Source: Carcharhinus longimanus
Taxonomy: Eukaryota
NCBI GenBank assembly: GCA_030264375.1
Contig: JASCQW010000156.1
Coordinates: 24,969,732-25,033,731, forward strand
DNA: 64,000 nt
Direction: 5' to 3'
Within the stretch, counting starts at the first letter, position 1, and each line of letters begins with the position of its first letter. The notes beneath the pieces were generated by a model that ran no database searches, was not told the origin of the DNA, and saw nothing but the letters and a program-made list of their open reading frames with translations. A program made the position numbers and the translations under genes. Of this stretch, positions 50,726 through 62,871 are shown piece after piece.

Positions 50726-51205
50726 TTTATTTATTAGTGTCACAAGTAGGCTTACATGAACACTGCAATGAAGTTATTGTGAAAATCCCCTGGTCGCCAA
50801 ACTCCGGCGCCTATTTGGGTACAACATAGACATACAGAGTCCCTACAATGCAGGAGGCGGCTATTTGGCCCATTGAGTCTACACAGACCACAATCCCACT
50901 CAAGTCCTATTCCTGTCTCCCCTCATATTTGCCCTGCTAATTCCCCCAAACACTAGGGCCAATTTAACATGGCCAATGAACCTAACCTGCACATCTTTGG
51001 ACTGCGGGAGGAAACTGGAGCACCTGGAGGAAACCCACGCAGACACGGGAGAGAATGTGCAAACTCCCCAGAAATAGTAACCCAAGGAAAAAATTGAACC
51101 CAGGTCACTGGCGCTATGAGGTAGCAGTGCTAACCACTGTGCCATCATGCCGCTTGGGGAAGAATTTAGCATGGCCAATGCACCTAACCAGCACATCTTT
51201 CAGAC
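50726..51205 (-). mobile_element. Nested V-SINEs: a tail-B copy (~50824-51153) inside a tail-A copy
   Basis: The tail-A sequence breaks after ..TTTGGGTACA and resumes at TTGGGGAAGAATTTAGCATGGCCAATGCACC. Confidence 0.8.
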
Positions 51206-51589
51206 AATGCAAGGAAATGTATCATGGATTTACTTAACTGAATTTGCTGAAAGTCTTACAGCACGTAGAAGCTGTCTAAAATTTGAGAACACAAATATAA
51301 AACTCAATAACTTCCTCAACTCCAAGGAGCTCCCTGGAATCATTCAGAAAATACACCACTGCTGATAATCTATTTACTTCCTACTAATAATCTAGCGTTT
51401 GTTCCTTTCTCTTCAAACCCCTCAACTTTCACTCTTCCTCTTCTGGAAGCTCTCTGAAGTGTTAACCTAAACTCAACTGTAGGACACACAAGTTCACTTT
51501 TGTGGTGGGTACATGTTGATAGGTTAGTTCAGAAGAATTACCTGTTTTTGTACAATTACGTATTTTAACAAATCAGAGGATTGCGGAGT

Positions 51590-52480
51590 CAAGCCACACC
51601 AGCTTGAGATTTGAGCATATAATCTAGACCATCAGTTCAGTGCAGTGCTAAAAGGTGGTGTTTGGATAAAATTATAAACCAAGGTCCTATCTGCAATCAC
51701 AGCTGGATGTTAATGATCCCATTACTCTACTCAAAGAGAGAGACAGAGGACTTCAGTTGTTATTTGGCCAAATATTTATCTCTCAATAGCACCAATTATC
51801 TTATTGCTGCTGTGGCACCTTGCTCCATGTAAACTGTTTTCCCCAAATAACAAAAGCAACTGCACTTCAGGAGTGATTTATAAAGGTTGCAAGTCTTTTG
51901 GGACCTCAAGAATTTGGAAAATGCCACATCAATGAAAGTTCCCTCACTTAAGCATTATTCTATTCCTTGCTCAAACCAGTTATTACCATTATTCATAGCT
52001 CTGGATGCATCCTCCGTAATGCAGAACTTGAATCTGAGCAATATGGTTATATGGGAAAAAGGAATCATGCTGCCAATTTGCCTCTGGAGTCATTTGATTT
52101 TGCAGCATCCAGGCCCAACTAAGGAATTAACATGAATACACAATAAAAGATTGGCACATCAGTCAAGTGCTGTATTGTCAGAGATGCTGTCCTTTAAATG
52201 GGATGTTAAACTACGAGTTTGCTATCTATTTTGATGATAAAGATCCTTGGGCATTACACGTAACTGTAAATGTAGGAAATTCTCCTAGCATCCTGACCAA
52301 CAATCTTCCTTCAGGTCACCATCACCACAAACAACAACTAGTTGATCACTTCACTGTTCATACTATTTCGCTCAGTGCAAAAATGGCTGCCATATTTATG
52401 TAAAATAAGTCACTGAAATTCAAAATAATCAACTGTATTTCAAGACCTAGCTGAAAGACATGATAAACTATATTAATGAG
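51590..52480 (+). mobile_element. Two degenerate DeuSINE-like copies (51590-51930, 52160-52480)
   Basis: GTGCTGTATTGTCAGAGATGCTGTCCTTT..GATGTTAAAC..AAAGATCC..TTCTCCTAGCATCCTGACCAAC..AAAATGGCTGCC, with a similar upstream copy. Confidence 0.55.
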
Positions 52481-54616
52481 CCTTTGCATTATTGCAAACG
52501 TAAGTATATTACTATGCAATCTCTCTAATACTGGGGATCAGTGGAGTTTGATTTGCTAACAGCTTACTTTCATAAAACAATCAATTGTGGCACGTTCTAT
52601 TCGCATGATGGGTTCAATTCAATAGTTTGTGGCAGTGTTACTATTTTAACAAAAAATCTGAATCTTTGACCTTTTAACAGTAAAATCACAATGGGAGACA
52701 ATGGATGCAGTTATAAAATTTGGGAGGAGTAAAAAGATCATGCTGATTGTAAGCCAAGTTCAACAATCTCAACTGGGACAACAAAAGACACAACTGGCCT
52801 TGGTGTCCCTAGATTAGGAATGTGTGTTCACTGTCCACATTTATGTATTTGTCATAAAGAGTGAAAACCCAAGAATTCTGATCTAGAATTCCAACCTACT
52901 AAAAAAAAATTATTGTACAAATTTCCAGCGTACCAAACCAGTTTCCAGGATCCAACAAGTAACAATGAGCTAGTACAACAAAGAATGCCGCTTTATGAAA
53001 CAGTTTTAGTTTACTGCAGTCTCCATGGGTGACTAAAATGGCTTTGATATATTACATAAGTCAGCTACAAAAAGCAGATCCAAGCACAACATTCCTTGGC
53101 AAACTAGTTGTGCGTTTATCAGGATTCACAACACTTGGGAGTAAGATTCTTGCTGCAGCCATTTTTCTTTATAGAATTCCTACTTCCTGATAAGGGACAA
53201 AGAACAAGTTATTTTACAGTTAAAATAAATCTTTATCAAATAAAGTCTAATGTTACAATTAATTGTGGATCCCTTTAAATACATTTTAAATGTAAAAAAG
53301 TAAATTTCAAATAAAGTTAAGTTGTATTTAATTTGTTTTGCACAAGCATTTCTTTCCTACATGTACTGCTAATCACAGTACTTCAAAAAAATCTCTCGCA
53401 GTAATTGCATTATGGACCCTGAGGAGGACCTGGCTCAGTAACTTACTGTTTTTGCATTTTAAAAATAATAACGCTGCATTGATGATTTTTATTTTTGTTT
53501 GAAACAGCCTCACTGGGCTGCACTATTTTTAAATACTCAATATAGAGACAATTTTAAAGGGGTAAAAAGTTTCGTTACAGCTAACTGCAAATTTTCCGCC
53601 ATCAGCCTTAATAAATTCAAAATTAACCCAAGAGTTGTCATTCTTTTGCACGCTGGTCGACTTCAATTTTATTTTGTTCTCTCCCCACGCCTCAAATCAA
53701 ACAACTAAATTAACTATTGTTCTCCATTTTGAAAGAAAAATTTCAGAGTTTTATTGTTTGAAGGCTGAATCCAAAACAAAAATTCTTGCTGTGTCCTTTA
53801 CTTTGCAGCCATTCTCTGAAGAAAAATATTTCTGAAGTATTTTGTTGACTGGAAAGGTGAAGAAGAATTATTGTACTGAAGGGAAGAGAAATAAAATCAA
53901 TTATGGTTGGGTTTTGTAAGATTTTAGATACAGCCCGTGATGTTTTCTATTGTGTTTCAAGATTGAGAGAGAAGAGACAAAGCAACATTTAGATTGGTGT
54001 AAAATGTTGGGAACAATCAACTTATTCAGTGAATTATTAAGCAGCTGCATCCATTTTGTAGGCCTCTGAAATTAGAAACTGCTTACATAACACAATTTAC
54101 TAACACACTTCAATTTGCTTCTACACTTCCAACACTGTCTCCCACTAACAAAAACAACCATCTTTGTCTGAGTAAACATTTCTAAAAGTCACAATCACAA
54201 CCCTCTCACCAGTTTCCAAATCCCCAAAGTGTTAAAAAAGTGAGCTTTCAGTTTTAGAAGCCAAGTCTAAAATTTTGTTTCAAAAAAAAAACGAAAGAGA
54301 AACAGTGGAGCTTTAAATTAGAAATGACTAGCGCAGTATTTCTGCATTTCAATGTTCTTCTACTACAGTGCCGGAGTCTGAAGCCTGGGAAGGTCATGCA
54401 GTCGCATTTCTCCAGCTGACGTTCCACTGCCACTCCTAAAGCACAACTGCAGTTTAACTGAGCTCACTTCATCCAGTCCTGCAGTACTTTCAAAACTCAA
54501 AAATATCCTTCTTTCTCCCCCCTCCCTAGATCACTCTGGAAAGTAAGTAGGAGGTACATTTTGTACTGTACTTGCCCCACCCAGTCACCAACCCAAAAGA
54601 ACTATGAAGCCCTTAC

Positions 54617-54743
54617 CTTTCCTGCCTCTGGGAGAGCTCCTCTTGTTCAGATTATTACTTCTCTCTTCCTCTAGAGCAGCTGCAATGTCTGGGTTGTCTT
54701 CCCCATTGTACCACACCAACAGTTCTTCCCCTGGCTGGATGGG
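54617..54743 (-). CDS. PRDM2: PRDM2 exon encoding the end of the PR/SET domain (human exon 6 equivalent)
   Basis: Acceptor tcctgtctgtag, donor AAAG|gtaagg, 127 nt, phase 0 to 1. Translates PIQPGEELLVWYNGEDNPDIAAALEEERSNNLNKRSSPRGRK(G), matching the PR-domain GEELLVWY motif of PRDM2. Confidence 0.97.
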
Positions 54744-55769
54744 CTACAGACAGGATAAAGAAAATTGCACCAATCAGTGCCAGGCTTGTAAAAAAAAAGC
54801 AGTCAAGGATCCTCGAAGTAGGCTCTGGGGCCTGGAGAGCTTAAAGACTGCTCTACGCTCGACTACAAAACTATTCCGTGACTGTGATATGATTACACTC
54901 CAACAGGAAGCACTCTTTGAACCAAACCTAATCTCAATACAACTGGGAAGTGGTTTCTTAACAAAACCACTGCATTAGCACAAGAGGGTGTAGAATGGTA
55001 CTGAAGGTTCAGCAGAATACTGCAACCTCTGGTGGTTGGAGGGCTATATTACCATCAGATTAAGACAATTCATTGTGTTTTGACAGATCTCTCAAAATAA
55101 AGGAGAGCTCTACACCTTCAAAATAGGCCTACAATCTGTCTCGCTCTGATTATAAATTAGATGGCTAGTATTTATTTCCCAATGTTAAAATAGTATGCCA
55201 GAATTAAAAATGTTTTTTAAAAGAAGCCATGTCGGCTAAAAATACAACTCAATGTTTTTGTGTTGACTGCTTGCACTGCAGCAATTACTTCTGCAAAGCT
55301 ATTTATTTTCTCAGTTCCTTGGCTTGATAAGCTGCAGTCTCAGGCACGGCCACCTTCCAATGTCTCTCTCAGGTAACCATAATGTGTGTTAGTCTTAACA
55401 GTGGAAACCATTGGGGTCAACAGCCTTCATAAGAGCAAACCAGGGCTGATGATGTCAATTGCCATGGTGCCACCATTACCCTGGCTGAGATGAAGTAATT
55501 TAACACAGACAGGATATTGAATTTGGAACTTCTGTGCAGTTTCATAATGTAATGGATAGACTCACTGTGTTGTGGACAATATATAATAGCGCCACTGTGC
55601 ACCCCTTCATACCACCTGGTAAAACACATTGAAGGATTTTACACCAGGACACAAAGACATCAATTTTACATATCATCAGGTAAATATTAGATGTGTTTCA
55701 TGTGAATTTAGCACAGACGGTTTAAATTGAGAATTTTCACTCTTCCCTCATCATCACACAGAGTCAAAG

Positions 55770-56755
55770 TTGGCCTTTCTTGATTTCTCTATGTTTCTGA
55801 CAGATCCTATTCATCTATATCCACCACACTCCCCATACCCCCAGAACCACACTAGAGATTCACCCCACCAGCCTTCAGATGTAATGCTTCATCTCACGCC
55901 ACTCCCAAGTGATGCCACCCACCAAATATATTTCTCTCCCCCCACCCCTTTTAGCATTCTGAAGATCCCTTCCCCTCGGTCATATCTAGTCCACATCAAT
56001 TCAGTCCCAACATCTCATCTCTTGTTCCTGTAGCATCTTTCCTTGCATGCCCTTTCATCTTACTTCTCACTTTACGAAGCTCCTTTTTTTTTTTAGCTAA
56101 AACTGAATTACTTGCTTTCAATTTAATGTGCTGTACTTGCTACTCACAATGTTGTCTTCTCTATATCAGAGAGGCCAAATGTAGACAGGGTTGCCAAAGT
56201 TGTGAAGTACCTCCATTCAGTTTTCTATTCTGCCCTTGGCATAAAAAATGTCTCAATGGCTCAATAAAAACTCAAGAAAGTCATCCTTCTACTCTGCACT
56301 TTATAGACTTCTGACTCAACACAGGTTTCAACAATTTCAGCATATACCCTCTGCTCATTTTTAAAAATTTTGGATTACAGTTGGTTGCAATAATTCTGCA
56401 TTTTGCCATTAACATCTCTAAACACATCTTTTGTTTCTTAACTTGTCCCAACACCACACTCTTTTGCCTTGCACCATTGTCTGCTTTGTCACTTAATCTC
56501 ACCTGTCTTCCACCATATCACAGGCCCTTTTGTTCTGTTCTTATTAGTTCTTTCATTGAACATGGGCTTCACTGACACAGCCAACATTCAATGCGCATCC
56601 CTAATTTCCCTTCGAGACAATCCCTGCTCCTGTGCTGCTTTAACACTTAAATGTTTTGAGTTCTGATGAAAGGCCATGACCGGAAATATTAATTTTGTTT
56701 CTCTCTCCACAGATACTGCAAGACCTGCTGGATATTTCCAGCATTTTCTTCTTTC
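55770..56755 (+). mobile_element. Degraded Penelope-like retroelement (GIY-YIG endonuclease remnant plus terminal repeat)
   Basis: 56115-56190 reads FNLMCCTCYSQCCLLYIREAKCRQG, a decayed VYCIxCxxCGLLYIGET motif. It is followed by a C-terminal FNNF remnant and a hammerhead-containing terminal repeat. Confidence 0.7.
56658..56695 (+). ncRNA. Minimal hammerhead ribozyme motif (helix II partly mispaired)
   Basis: GAGUU CUGAUGA AA GGCC AU GACC G GAAA UA UU AAUUU; cores intact, palindromic AAUAUU; antisense to PRDM2. Confidence 0.55.
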
Positions 56756-57817
56756 ACTTAAAAAAGTATTCCATCCACATCCCTTTTATTTCAAAATGTA
56801 AAGCAACATTTCACCTTTTTAGCGCTAGCAGTATTTTTTAAAAAACAAACATGCCAATCATGATCATTTACTTTTCTAATTATAAAGGAAGATTATGAGC
56901 AGTGACAATACAAAGAAACACTTACAATGGAATTTAAAAGTTATGCACTTTATGATTAAGCCCATCACAATTAATAGACAATGCAGCCATCGGCACTTAC
57001 TGTGATTTGAACATTTCAATACAATAGTTGGAACAGTCAAGCTGGATTGAGAACTGGTTGGCAAGACACATGCAAAAATTAGTTAGATGGATTTGGATCC
57101 TTTTGGAGACCAGTCACCAGTGTTATATAAGGTGGCATTAGGGAGATGAAATGTGCCTACAATTGTAATGACTTGGCAACAATGCTCAATACAAGGATAA
57201 ACTTCACAGTAGTTGTGAAGCTGGCAAAGATAGGAAACAAGTATTGCTTACTGGAGTTGTGTCAGATTGGGAAGGCTCACTTCAGACTTATTATTGAGAT
57301 AACAATTGATTCTATTTTACACAAATCATCCAAATCCAGAAACTCAAGTAGTCAAATTTGTACTTGATATCAAACTGAAAAGTGCAATGAAATTGTAAGA
57401 GTGGCCCAGAAACCAGAAGGAATTGGAAACAAATATGTAAAAGTGGGCATCATAGTGACAAATCCATTTTTTTGCACCTAGGGTATGTTCGATGGTACGT
57501 GTACTACAGACAGCTGAACTGAGGAAGAACCAGGAGTGACTTGATACTAAAAATGCCCAATACACAGCAGCAAATCAGCAAGCTATAAGCCAAAACAGGA
57601 AAATACAGGTCAAAGCAAGGTATGATAACTTGCTGCTCTGGTAAAACTGCACATTTGAGTATTGCAATCAGTTCTAATCACTAGCAAATGCAGAGAAGAG
57701 CCACAAAGCTGATCATCTTTAGCGTCAATGGTCTGAGTTTTGAGAAAGGCTGAAGAAATCCGAGTGTTTCTACCTGGAAATGAGGCATCCAAGATATGTT
57801 CTTTGAGGTATACAAGG

Positions 57818-58012
57818 TAGCACGGTGGCCCAGTGCTTAGCACTGCCGTCAGACAGCGCCAGGGACCTGGGTTTGATTCCATTCTTGGTGACTGACTGTG
57901 TGGGTTTCCTCTGGGTGCTCCATTTCCTCCCACAGTCCAAAGATGTGCAAGTTAGGTGGATTGACCATGCTAAATTTCTCCTTAAATTTTCCAATGATGT
58001 GTAGGTTAGGTG
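57818..58012 (+). mobile_element. V-SINE (3' truncated)
   Basis: tRNA-like head GCACGGTGGCCCAGTGCTTAGCACTG..GGGTTTGATTCC and V-core. Confidence 0.8.
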
Positions 58013-58124
58013 GATATTTACAGTACTGGAAAAGTTAACAGTTAAATAATACCATAAGTGTAAAAGGGGACACAGGTTCAAACTAGTAAAAGGTAAATTC
58101 TTCTTTATATTTAACAAAAATTCC

Positions 58125-59307
58125 TGTCACTGGATAGGCCAGCATTTATTGCCCACCCTCAATTGTCTACGACAATGGTGAGCTGCCATCAGTTCATGTG
58201 GTGTAGGTTCACCAACAGTGCATTAGGGAGGGAGTTCCAGAATTTTGACCCAACAGAGAATGAACAGCAAGCCAGGGTGGTGTGTGACTTGGGAGAGAAA
58301 CTCCTAGGTGCTGGTGTTCCCATGTGTCTGCTGTTTTCATCCTTCTGGATTATAGCAATTGTGGATTTGCAAGCCAAAAGAGAAAATGCTGGAAAACTTC
58401 AGCAGGTCTTGCAGCATCTGTAAGGAAAATAAAAGAGCTGATGTTTCAGGTCAATTGGATTTGCAAGTTGAAGCCTAATGTGTTTTGATGAGTTCTTGCA
58501 GTCATTTTACAGATGGTACACGCTGCTGCCACTGTTTGTCGATGTTGGAGGAAATGAACGTTTGTGGATGGGGTGCCAATCAAATGGGCTGCTGTGTCTT
58601 GGATAGTGGCAAATTTGTTGTTGTTGTTGGAATTCTACTCATCTAGGCAAGTGGAGTTCATTCCCTCATACTCTGCCTCACCTTATAGATGGTGGACAGA
58701 TCTTGGGGAGTCAGGTGGTGATTTACTCAGTGCAGGAGTCCAAGCCTCTGACTTGCTCTTGTAGCCACAATAATTTCATGGCCAGTCCTGTTTAGTTTCT
58801 GGTTGTTGATAGTGGAGGATTCAGCGATGGTAATAGCATTGAATGTCAAGGATGATGATGATTAGATTCTCTCTTGTTGGAGGTGGTCAATACCCGGCAT
58901 TTGTGTGGCACGAATGTTACTTGTCAGCCCAAGCCTGGATATTGTCCAGGTCTTGCTGCATTTTCATGGACTTCTTCAATATCTGAATCACCATGAATGA
59001 TGCTGAACGTTGAGAAATCATCAGCAAACATTCCCACTTCTGACCTTAAGGTCATTGATGAAGCAGCTGAAGATGGTTGGGCCTAGCACGCTACCCTCAA
59101 GTAGTGATGTCTTGGAACAGAGTTAATTGACTGCCGACCACCAACCACCACAACCATCTTCCTTTGTGCCAGCATGACAATAACCAGCAGAGGGTTTTCC
59201 CAGATACCCACTGACTTCAGTTTTGCTAGGATTCCTTGATGCCACACACTGTCAAATGCTGTCTTGAAATCAAGGGCAATCACTCTCACTTCACCTCTGG
59301 AATTCAG
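58125..59307 (-). mobile_element. LINE (CR1/L2 group) RT and 3' region, degraded
   Basis: ORF 59083..59289 begins RVIALDFKTAFDSVWHQGILAKL (RT motif LDxxxAFD.VWH); reverse tail GGCCAGCATTTATTGCCCA. Confidence 0.8.
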
Positions 59308-61728
59308 AGTGTTGTAGAATATGGAATGGTTAGCATTTAGAATGAACTTCCAAATAAATTGGCGGAGGCATCTTTCTAGATGGCTGCATCAAGAGATTTG
59401 ACTCACCTTCCCTCTCAACCTTGTAAAGTTGCCAGCAGTATCCGTTTTACAAACTTTTTCCAAGCCCGGGGCAAGTTTGCTGATGTCAATTAGATCTTAA
59501 TTTGAGCAGCTATATTAGCACCAAAATTCAAAGAAGACACTTGACCTGATTTTGGGTAAATAGGTAGATGACATTTCTATCTAACTTCATAAACAAATAA
59601 TGATCATTTCAGTATGATAATGGTGGGCTGTTGGCATTATTTTGTTTAAAATTCCTGTTATCAGTTACAGTACTAATTCAATTTTGTGGATTCTATAGAT
59701 CCAGTAAGGATCATTATGGGAAGAAATCCCCAGCTGATCTTATATCTTGCCCTAGGTTAATGATGCCAATATCAGTATTGGCACACCATAGCCTAACTCA
59801 AGAAAGGGCAATGATCAAAACTTAGGAATTTCTTAGTGTGTATACTTCAATGCTGCATCACACAATACATTTCCAAATCATCTACTAAAAGATTCTACAG
59901 CATGTCAGTGAAATATTTACTAGCACTGACCCCCCCACCCCTCTGTAAAATGCTATTAGGCAAAACAGTACTTCATATTACATACATCAATCCCAATAGT
60001 CAAGAACAACAGCTTATTGTAGACAATCAAACTGTTTTCTAATGAAGCTATGTCATACCAATAACTACAGACTTTATCAATTACAATTTCTGAGAGAATA
60101 TCAGAAAGCAACCCGCACCATGCAAAACCATGTAAACAGAATTACTTATTCATTACGATGTTTGTGGTATTTTGTATTCATTTGTCTACATGGCAATAGT
60201 CCTTGCATTCAACCTACTTCATTCAAACGACCAAAAAATGAACAAGCATAATGATTAAAAAGAGAAAATACTCCACAGATCTGGCAGCATCAATGAAGAA
60301 ACAAAGGTTAGCGTTTCAGTTCAATTACTTTCATCACACCTGGAAAAGAAGTTTCTAATCTTGAAAGCTACTACCGTAAAACATCAATTCTGTTTCATCT
60401 CTCCACAGATGCTGTTAGACCAATGTAATATCTCTAGCATTTGCAGTTATTTCACATTTTCAGTATGCATATATTTTGCTTTGTACAACATTTATCTTTC
60501 CAAAGTTGGGCTAGTCCAGAAACAGCACTGAGTTGTGTAACTCAGGGTGAAGTACTGGAGTTTGGGTCTCTATCAATGAGGAAGGGAAGGAGCAATTCAA
60601 ACTGAAGAATTAAATGAACTCCAAAAAAAGCAATTTATACAAAGTTAAAGGCTATCAGCTCAAATGGCAAGATGGTCCCTCTAACAAGATAAAGATAAAT
60701 GTCAAAACAGATTTGTTGATTTGCAGCATCTAACATTTATACTGTAAAATGCGGTACATGTAGCCATCATCATATATGTTTTACATCTTTCGGGGAAAGC
60801 AACATTTAGTTTCATTAAAACCGCAACATTAAAACTGGGTAACTAAAGATCTTTCTTGAGACATATCTTTGTTAATCTTTATAAAAAGCAAAGCATCTAA
60901 TCTAGAATACTTCTCAAAAAAAAGAAACACTGAAAAAAAAGAACTGTTTGTACAGCAGATATGAAACAAAGTACAAGTGTGACTGAAGAGTAGGATTTTA
61001 GGCCTAATGAGCATCACAACACACCTTATAGATTTCGACCTTTGCAAGAATTTAATACATGCAATAACCAGGACACCACATAACTGTGGGGTTTACCCTT
61101 ATGTCCAAGTCTAATGGAGTATGTGAAACACATTTGCATAGCATTCCTGTGAGGTTAAACATTTCAAGCTAATTAATGTTTTTTGTTTGTTAAGACATTT
61201 GGTTGGGAGCAGAAGAAAATTAGAAATGTAGCTTTTGAAATAAACACAACTATTCTGATATATTGAGGCAGAAAGCTGCAACTTCACGTAATAAAAATTG
61301 AATGAGAGGACCAGAGTAAAAGCAAGAAAGGACCTGTGGAAGAGCCAGAACATGTGAATAAGGGGAAGTCAGTGTGCATATAGATTGATAGGATCGATAA
61401 CAAACACAAAAGGGAGATGATGACTAATAATCAGAAGAGGAAGGACTTCTGCAGTAAAAGGTTACAATTCTTCCCAGCTGTAACACCACAGGAGATTAAG
61501 TACTGAAATACAAAAAATTCATCATGGTCGGGGTTCGCACTAAATTTTGTTTCCTTTTTAAATCATTTACTTCAGTTGGAAGATCGCTAAGAGGTGCCAA
61601 CATTGATGGATGAATATGGCAAAGGGGACATAGAAACACAGCTTTGGAGAGGGAGCTTCTTGCAAGTCAGTTTGGAAGGAGTCAAAGTGGGAAGAGTAGA
61701 AGTAATTGGCACTGCCCTCACAGAAATT

Positions 61729-62871
61729 CTGTACATCTGTCAAGTAATGCCACAACCATGAAAATCATTTGCAACAGGGAAGGCAGAGTTACAACTGGAG
61801 TTTTTTTTTGAAATACATAACAGGTTCATTAAGCACTTAAAACAGAAAAAAGACAGCTTTATTATTTAGGTGAAACTGCTTGCTCAGATTAGCATTTGGA
61901 ACATAGCAGATCGCTCAGCATAACCATTAACCTATCTTATTCTTTCAGATGCTAAATGACCTCTGCATAGTTACATGTTTCTATTGTCTAGCAGTTTACC
62001 TTTTTCTAGGCAGAAAATTCTTCCCAAACGACTGCTTGAAATTGGTACTGAATGATATTCATCAAATGCTGAGATTTTTAGGAGATGCACAGAGTAGAAT
62101 GGCTGTGCAAACTGTAATAACCACAAAGGATATCCAGGACAGATTATGTTCAATCCTTTGTATTCAGACAAGGATTGTGTCAGTGGGAGGGTTAAGACTA
62201 TAATTCTGTGATCTGTGCATTACATAGATGATACACATCAGCAAGTAATAGTTTGTGAAAACTATCCTATGGGATACAATCATCTGAACCAAAGAGCACC
62301 ACTAGTGGGAATATTATTGCACAGCATTTGTTGATGTGTATTCCAGTTAAACCATCCAGTTTCCCAGCTTTTTAACATTGCGGTGCTGCAGATTAGCTTA
62401 CATATAGTATGAAATAATGATCAAATGAGTCATCCATATAATGTGAAAATTATTCAGAAGAACTAAGCTGCATTTGACTTGAATGACCCATGTTATAATA
62501 GTGCCCCTATGTCATCCTACTTCAGATTAGCTAACTCAGGAATACTGTACATCTGTAAAGTTATGCTGCAACCATGAAAATCTACGCACGTACAGCAAAA
62601 GTGAAGGCAGTTACTAGATTTTTCTGAAACACATACCAGGCTTTAAACAGAAAAAAGGCAAGTTCAGGTGAAACCTTTGAAACTGCTTGCTCAGATTAGC
62701 ATTTGAAACATAGCAAATTGCTCAGCATAACCATTAAATACAACCTTAATTCTTTCAGTTGCTAAATGACCTGCCATGTGGTTTAATCAGGTTTCTAATG
62801 AGTAATATTTTACCTTTCATTTTTTGGTAGACAGAAAACTCTTCCCAAATAACTACTTGAAGTTGAGACTG
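61729..62871. repeat. Local direct duplication of about 320 bp (61729-62050 and 62545-62871)
   Basis: Colinear blocks CTGTACATCTGT, CAACCATGAAAATC, a 60-bp core, TCTTTCAG.TGCTAAATGACC and CTTCCCAAA. Confidence 0.85.

Noticed and set aside
62345-62375. GNWM-like peptide as the preceding PR-domain exon
   Set aside because: A stop follows within two codons and there is no flanking PR similarity, so that exon must lie beyond 64000.
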